A stretch of 53,746 bases of DNA from Seison nebaliae (lineage: Eukaryota): the NCBI GenBank assembly GCA_023231475.1, contig JALJEE010001537.1:1-53746 (forward strand). Direction: 5' to 3'. A program made the position numbers and the translations under genes. This document shows positions 49,324 to 53,746 of the stretch, piece after piece. Each line of letters starts with the position of its first letter. Position 1 is the first letter of the stretch. The notes beneath the pieces are model-generated. The model saw only the letters and a program-made list of their open reading frames with translations, searched no databases and was not told the origin of the DNA.

Positions 49324-50309
49324 ATGGAGTCGAATAAAGTTTCGGGGAGTATGAAGATTATTAAATATCTTTTGATAGCGTTCAACTTCGTCTTCTTCGT
49401 TAGTTGTCTCGCTTAAGCCTAAATTCATTCAACTCACATTTTCTTTCAAGTTATGTGGTATAGCACTCATCGTCACAGGAACTGTAATTCTTGTCGGATA
49501 TCGTGAAGTATTAGAATTTACAGGTAATAAATTATTAACTAAATTATAATGAAATTTTAATGAAATTTTAAGGAAATGTTCTGGGGAATGGTGCAATTCT
49601 CCTCATTATTGTTGGCGTTGTCATTTTCCTGTTAGGTTTCTTCGGATGTTGTGGAGCATGGAAGGAAAATTTCTGTATGATTATGATAGTTACTTTGAAT
49701 TTCATCTAAAAAAAATTAATTAAAACTTCTTTCAGTTTGCGACTATGTTGGTAGTGATATTTATTTTGGAATTAGCCGTGGCCATCATGGGAATAATTTT
49801 TAAGAAGAAAGTTAATTTTTTTACAAAAAAATAAGTTCGTAAACTTTGAAATTGAAGATCGAGTTGAATGTTAGTACGGGAATGAAAAAGAGTATGGACA
49901 AATATGGTGGCGATAAGAACAAGGGCGTAACAAAGGCTTGGGATGTATGGCAGAAAAAAATGAAATGTTGCGGTATCAACAAATTTAGTGATTGGCAAAA
50001 TGCAACTGTCTATAATGATGCAGATGATGTGCCTGATAGTTGTTGTATATCGAATTCGGTGGGATGTGGAAAAGGTAAATCGAAATCAGGCGAAGGAATC
50101 TTTGCTGAAGGTTGTATCAATAAGACGAAATTGAAAATAAAGGAATCGACATTGATCATGGCAATTGTGGCGATGCTATTAGCTGCCATTCAAGTTTACA
50201 TGTTGCTTTCTAAAGAAAAATAATTTCGCTTCCCTTTTAGTTGATCGGCATTAGTTTTGCTTGTTGTTTAGGTCGTCATATTCGTTACGAATATGAGAAG
50301 GTTAAATAA
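49324..50309 (+). CDS. Tetraspanin, CD63-like (6 exons; introns 49399-49450, 49524-49572, 49689-49735, 49811-49857, 50194-50240)
   Basis: IKYLLIAFNFVFF, LGFFGCCGAWKEN, large extracellular loop with CCG and VPDSCC, four TM segments, and a C-terminal YEKV tyrosine sorting-like motif. Confidence 0.92.
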
Positions 50310-51052
50310 ATAGAGGATTCCCAGAAAACCAAACGAAAAAGTGAAAATTTGAATTTTGAAGTTTTAAAAGTTTTGGTCATAATTACTTAGCTATTATTCT
50401 CCACTTTTTACCACATTGAGAGAAAGCAAATTTCATTTTTAAAAAAATCGATAATATTCCCTTATTTTATTTTTTAATTCGTTTCCTCTTCCCTCCTCCA
50501 CCACACTTTCTACTACAAAACATATTTGAACGAGGAGACATATCGTCCTTCAAACATATATATACTGCTCACCACTACCGTCATATCGTCATATCTTCTG
50601 AAAAGTATTAATAGAAGTATAAATTTGAAAAAAAAAGAAATTTTCCATATTTCTTCATCAAGATAAAACATTATAATCTCATATTCTTCCCTCCTCTATC
50701 CATTTAATCCATTCAGTCAGATTTCATTTTGTGATTATTTCCGAATAATCATACATTTCAATTAATTCAAAGATCTCACAAAACTTTTATTCTATGTTTT
50801 CTATTACACTAAATTCATCCATATGAACATCCATCCACCAACTCATCATCTTGTTTGTTCGATACATAACAATTGTTATTAACAATCATTCGGACATCCG
50901 ACAAATAACTGAAATTGTGCGAGAAAATTATATAGAATTTAATAAAATAGAACTTCAAAAATTTACAAGAATATTTTCTCACCTTATTTCAGATTCAATT
51001 AATCTCAAATTAGTCAGGTAATTAATCGTTAATCTAATTAATAATTATATCG

Positions 51053-53233
51053 ATCGTCTCGTTCAATTGCCATGGTCCTTCTAATCTCCTCTGTTCGTTG
51101 GACGACCTTCTTAAATTCGATGTAATCCTATGTCAAGAGACCTGGTTGGTTGATCCTCCTCCTCAATGGCTAAGAAGCAACTCTCTCATCGCACGATTAT
51201 GGCTTCGGCGTCTTGCAACTCGTCGGGTTACGGTAGGCCTTCTGGTGGATTATGTGGCTTTATACGTAATTCTTTAAAGTTTTCATGTTTTCGGGAAATC
51301 GGAAGTATTGCTTTCTTTTTCAAATTATCGGATATCGTATTCTACAACTTATATCTTCCGTGCAACGATCCAATTGTAGCCAATTCTATATTCCAATATA
51401 TCGTTGAAGCATCTCCTGTCTTCGTTGTCGTTGGAGATCTTAACATTGATTTCGACCGAAGTTCACCTTCGTTAACTAGACTGTAGGAATTCCTCTCTAT
51501 TTCTCAAGCATGGTGTGTCGATCCTGCATTCCTTCCTCATAACACCTGTTCATTTATCTTTTCTTCTGGTAGCTCATAGATCGATCACATCATCGTGACT
51601 TCTTCATTGAGAAGGTATGTGCTGGGATGTTCTCTATTACATGACTCTATTCCTTCTTCTCTCTCCGATCGTCTTCCACTCTCACTAGATTTCGTTCTAC
51701 GGAACTCAGAAGCTAATCGTTCAGAAGCTCAGGTATGGGCAACCGTTCTCCTCCCTCCAATGATAATGGGCCTCAAACTTTCCGTTCATTCTGCAAACTT
51801 CCTGAAGTCCTTAAATATTGGTTATCTAATATGATGTCGAATATTCTCTATTATGATACGTCTTTCTCAATTTCTAGAAAAAGCTTTTTCTCTTTCTTCA
51901 TTATCGTCATTTCCCATCTCGATGACAACGACCTGTCGGTTTAAGAATAGATCTATTCCGAAGTTTCGTGATATTCTCCCAATGAAACGTAGATGTAGTA
52001 GTCTGTTAGCTAAGTACAATTCCCATAAATCTGTGGAGATTCTTTCTTAACTATCTTCGGCTCATGGTGAATTCAGAAGAGCCATCCGGAGCAGATGGAG
52101 ATTAGATACCTAGAATCGAATTTGTAGAACCACGGATGATTCCTCATTATGGAGGTTCTTGAGGAAAACTCATAAATCATAAAATCTTCCGAGACAATTC
52201 GAATCCAACTATTCAGGAATTTGTCGAACATTATACGTCCTATATGTTTTCATCCGACATCTCACTTTCTTTTTCTCCTAATTCATCCAACATTTCTCTC
52301 TTTTCTTTTTCAAATGATGAAATTAGTTCTGCCATTACTTCTGCCATGAAGAGCTCAACTGCACATACTATGATAACGCAACATTTTCTACGGCTGGTAG
52401 TCGAATTATTAATCTTCCAATCATATTGTCTCCGTTTACTCGTTTCCTCGGTGTCCATCTAGACTTGTGGAAACTCTCTTCCAGTTCTCTGGATAATATT
52501 CATTCTTCTTGTTGTGTAACTTATTTCTCGTTTCTCAACCGTGTCAAATTCTTCCCTCTTCGAACAAAAATATATTTATTCACCATGTTAGTCCAACCGC
52601 TATTTGGACTCGATTCTATTTTTGTCGCTTCATCAAGCTCTTTCCTAGCCATAGACAGATATTTTTCAAGGATCGTTAGTCGTCTCGTCGGTTGCTTCCG
52701 TCGCTACAATAGAGCATTCATGTTTTCTCTTACGGATCTCGTTCCTTTTCCTATCATATTCGCAAAGAGAATCTTAGGAGTTTTGGATGGGGTTTCAGCT
52801 TATCCCTCGTTTCAAGGTATGGATTCGTTGATCGTTAAAATGTTGGAATCTGACAGATCGATTTTGGGCCATGTTCGAGATTATTATGATATACGGGCAT
52901 CATCAACTTCATCTGAATTTAAGAATTTTATTTACAATTTTTCATCAATCAACCTTCTGCAACCAAATCTCCTCCCTCATCTTTCCAAAGCCCGAAATAT
53001 ACTCGATCAAAACAACTTTCTCGTTTCTCTCGTTTCTGAACGGGAACACTTATATATCTGATTATATATATCTAATATTTCGTCATGAGTGTTCGTGCTG
53101 TAGATTTATCTTTCTCTCTTCTTTCTTTTTCTGTTTGTTTTTATTTTCTTTAATTTAAATCATTTTTCAGTTTATTCCTCATGGGAGTTTTTTTCACTTT
53201 TTGTGAGCAATAAATAATAATAATAATAATAAT
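51053..53233 (+). mobile_element. Degenerate APE-endonuclease LINE lacking its RT core, ending in a (TAA)n tail
   Basis: APE motifs IVSFNCHG, DVILCQETWL, GRPSGGL, VVGDLNIDF, S*IDHIIV and SDRLPL, with stops and frameshifts. Post-RT motif RFLGVHLD at 52441. Tail aataaataataataataataataat at ~53209-53233. Confidence 0.88.
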
Positions 53234-53698
53234 ATGACAGATATCTCGTGAGCATAATATTTGGTTTCAGTGACTCCCATGCAGACTTATTTAGGTTCTA
53301 GAAAAGTTAAGTTCTTATGAAAATTAATTTTGTGAGATAACGTTGAATAATGAAATGTTCGAACATTCGTAATAAATCTTAATTTTATAGATGAACTAAA
53401 CGATTACAGTTAAATCTTTCGTCCAATTTCATCAATATTAACTCATCAATTTCGTCGATGAAAGATGTTTAATTTAATTAAAATAAAAAATAATTTGATC
53501 TGTGAAAGTTATGTTTATATAATTGTTCTTGAATTAAATGACCATTATAATAATATATATATATATATTTCCTTATCGTTATTCTTACATTATGAATATT
53601 AGGAAATCTCAAATCTGAATGAACGTTCATTGAGTCTACTGGTAGATTATATCAATGAAATTCTTCTCGGCAATGTAGATTTCAATTATTTGAGAATT

Positions 53699-53746
53699 TT
53701 CTCGATTGTTCCTGTCTATAAGGGCCATGGAAAATCCCTGTCGGAT
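53699..53746 (+). mobile_element. Start of a LINE reverse-transcriptase fragment running off the window
   Basis: The frame from 53702 reads SIVPVYKGHGKSLSD, matching the non-LTR RT motif (I/V)xP(I/V)xKxxGK...D that precedes NYRPISL. Only 15 codons are visible. Confidence 0.6.

Overview
AT-rich, gene-dense animal (metazoan) genomic DNA with very short spliceosomal introns (about 41-79 nt) and poly-Asn/Gln/Ser tracts in proteins. A compact-genome spiralian such as a rotifer or relative is a guess only. Twelve protein-coding genes were reconstructed by hand: V-ATPase subunit G, TMEM65, SGT co-chaperone, MIER-type ELM2-SANT protein, a ~2,140-aa secreted TIL/EGF/chitin-binding mosaic protein, a small KR-NFW neuropeptide-type precursor, a 1,244-aa Myc-like bHLH protein, a kainate-type ionotropic glutamate receptor, eIF3f, an alpha-1,3-fucosyltransferase, RSU1 and a CD63-like tetraspanin. 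Mobile elements comprise three LINE fragments and two non-autonomous DNA elements with 9-bp target-site duplications. The most striking window-wide signal is in splicing: 27 of the 30 introns I could place start with GTT, none reads GTAAG, and positions +4 to +6 are nearly unconstrained, suggesting a lineage-specific change in 5' splice-site recognition. All identifications come from recalled motifs, not database searches.
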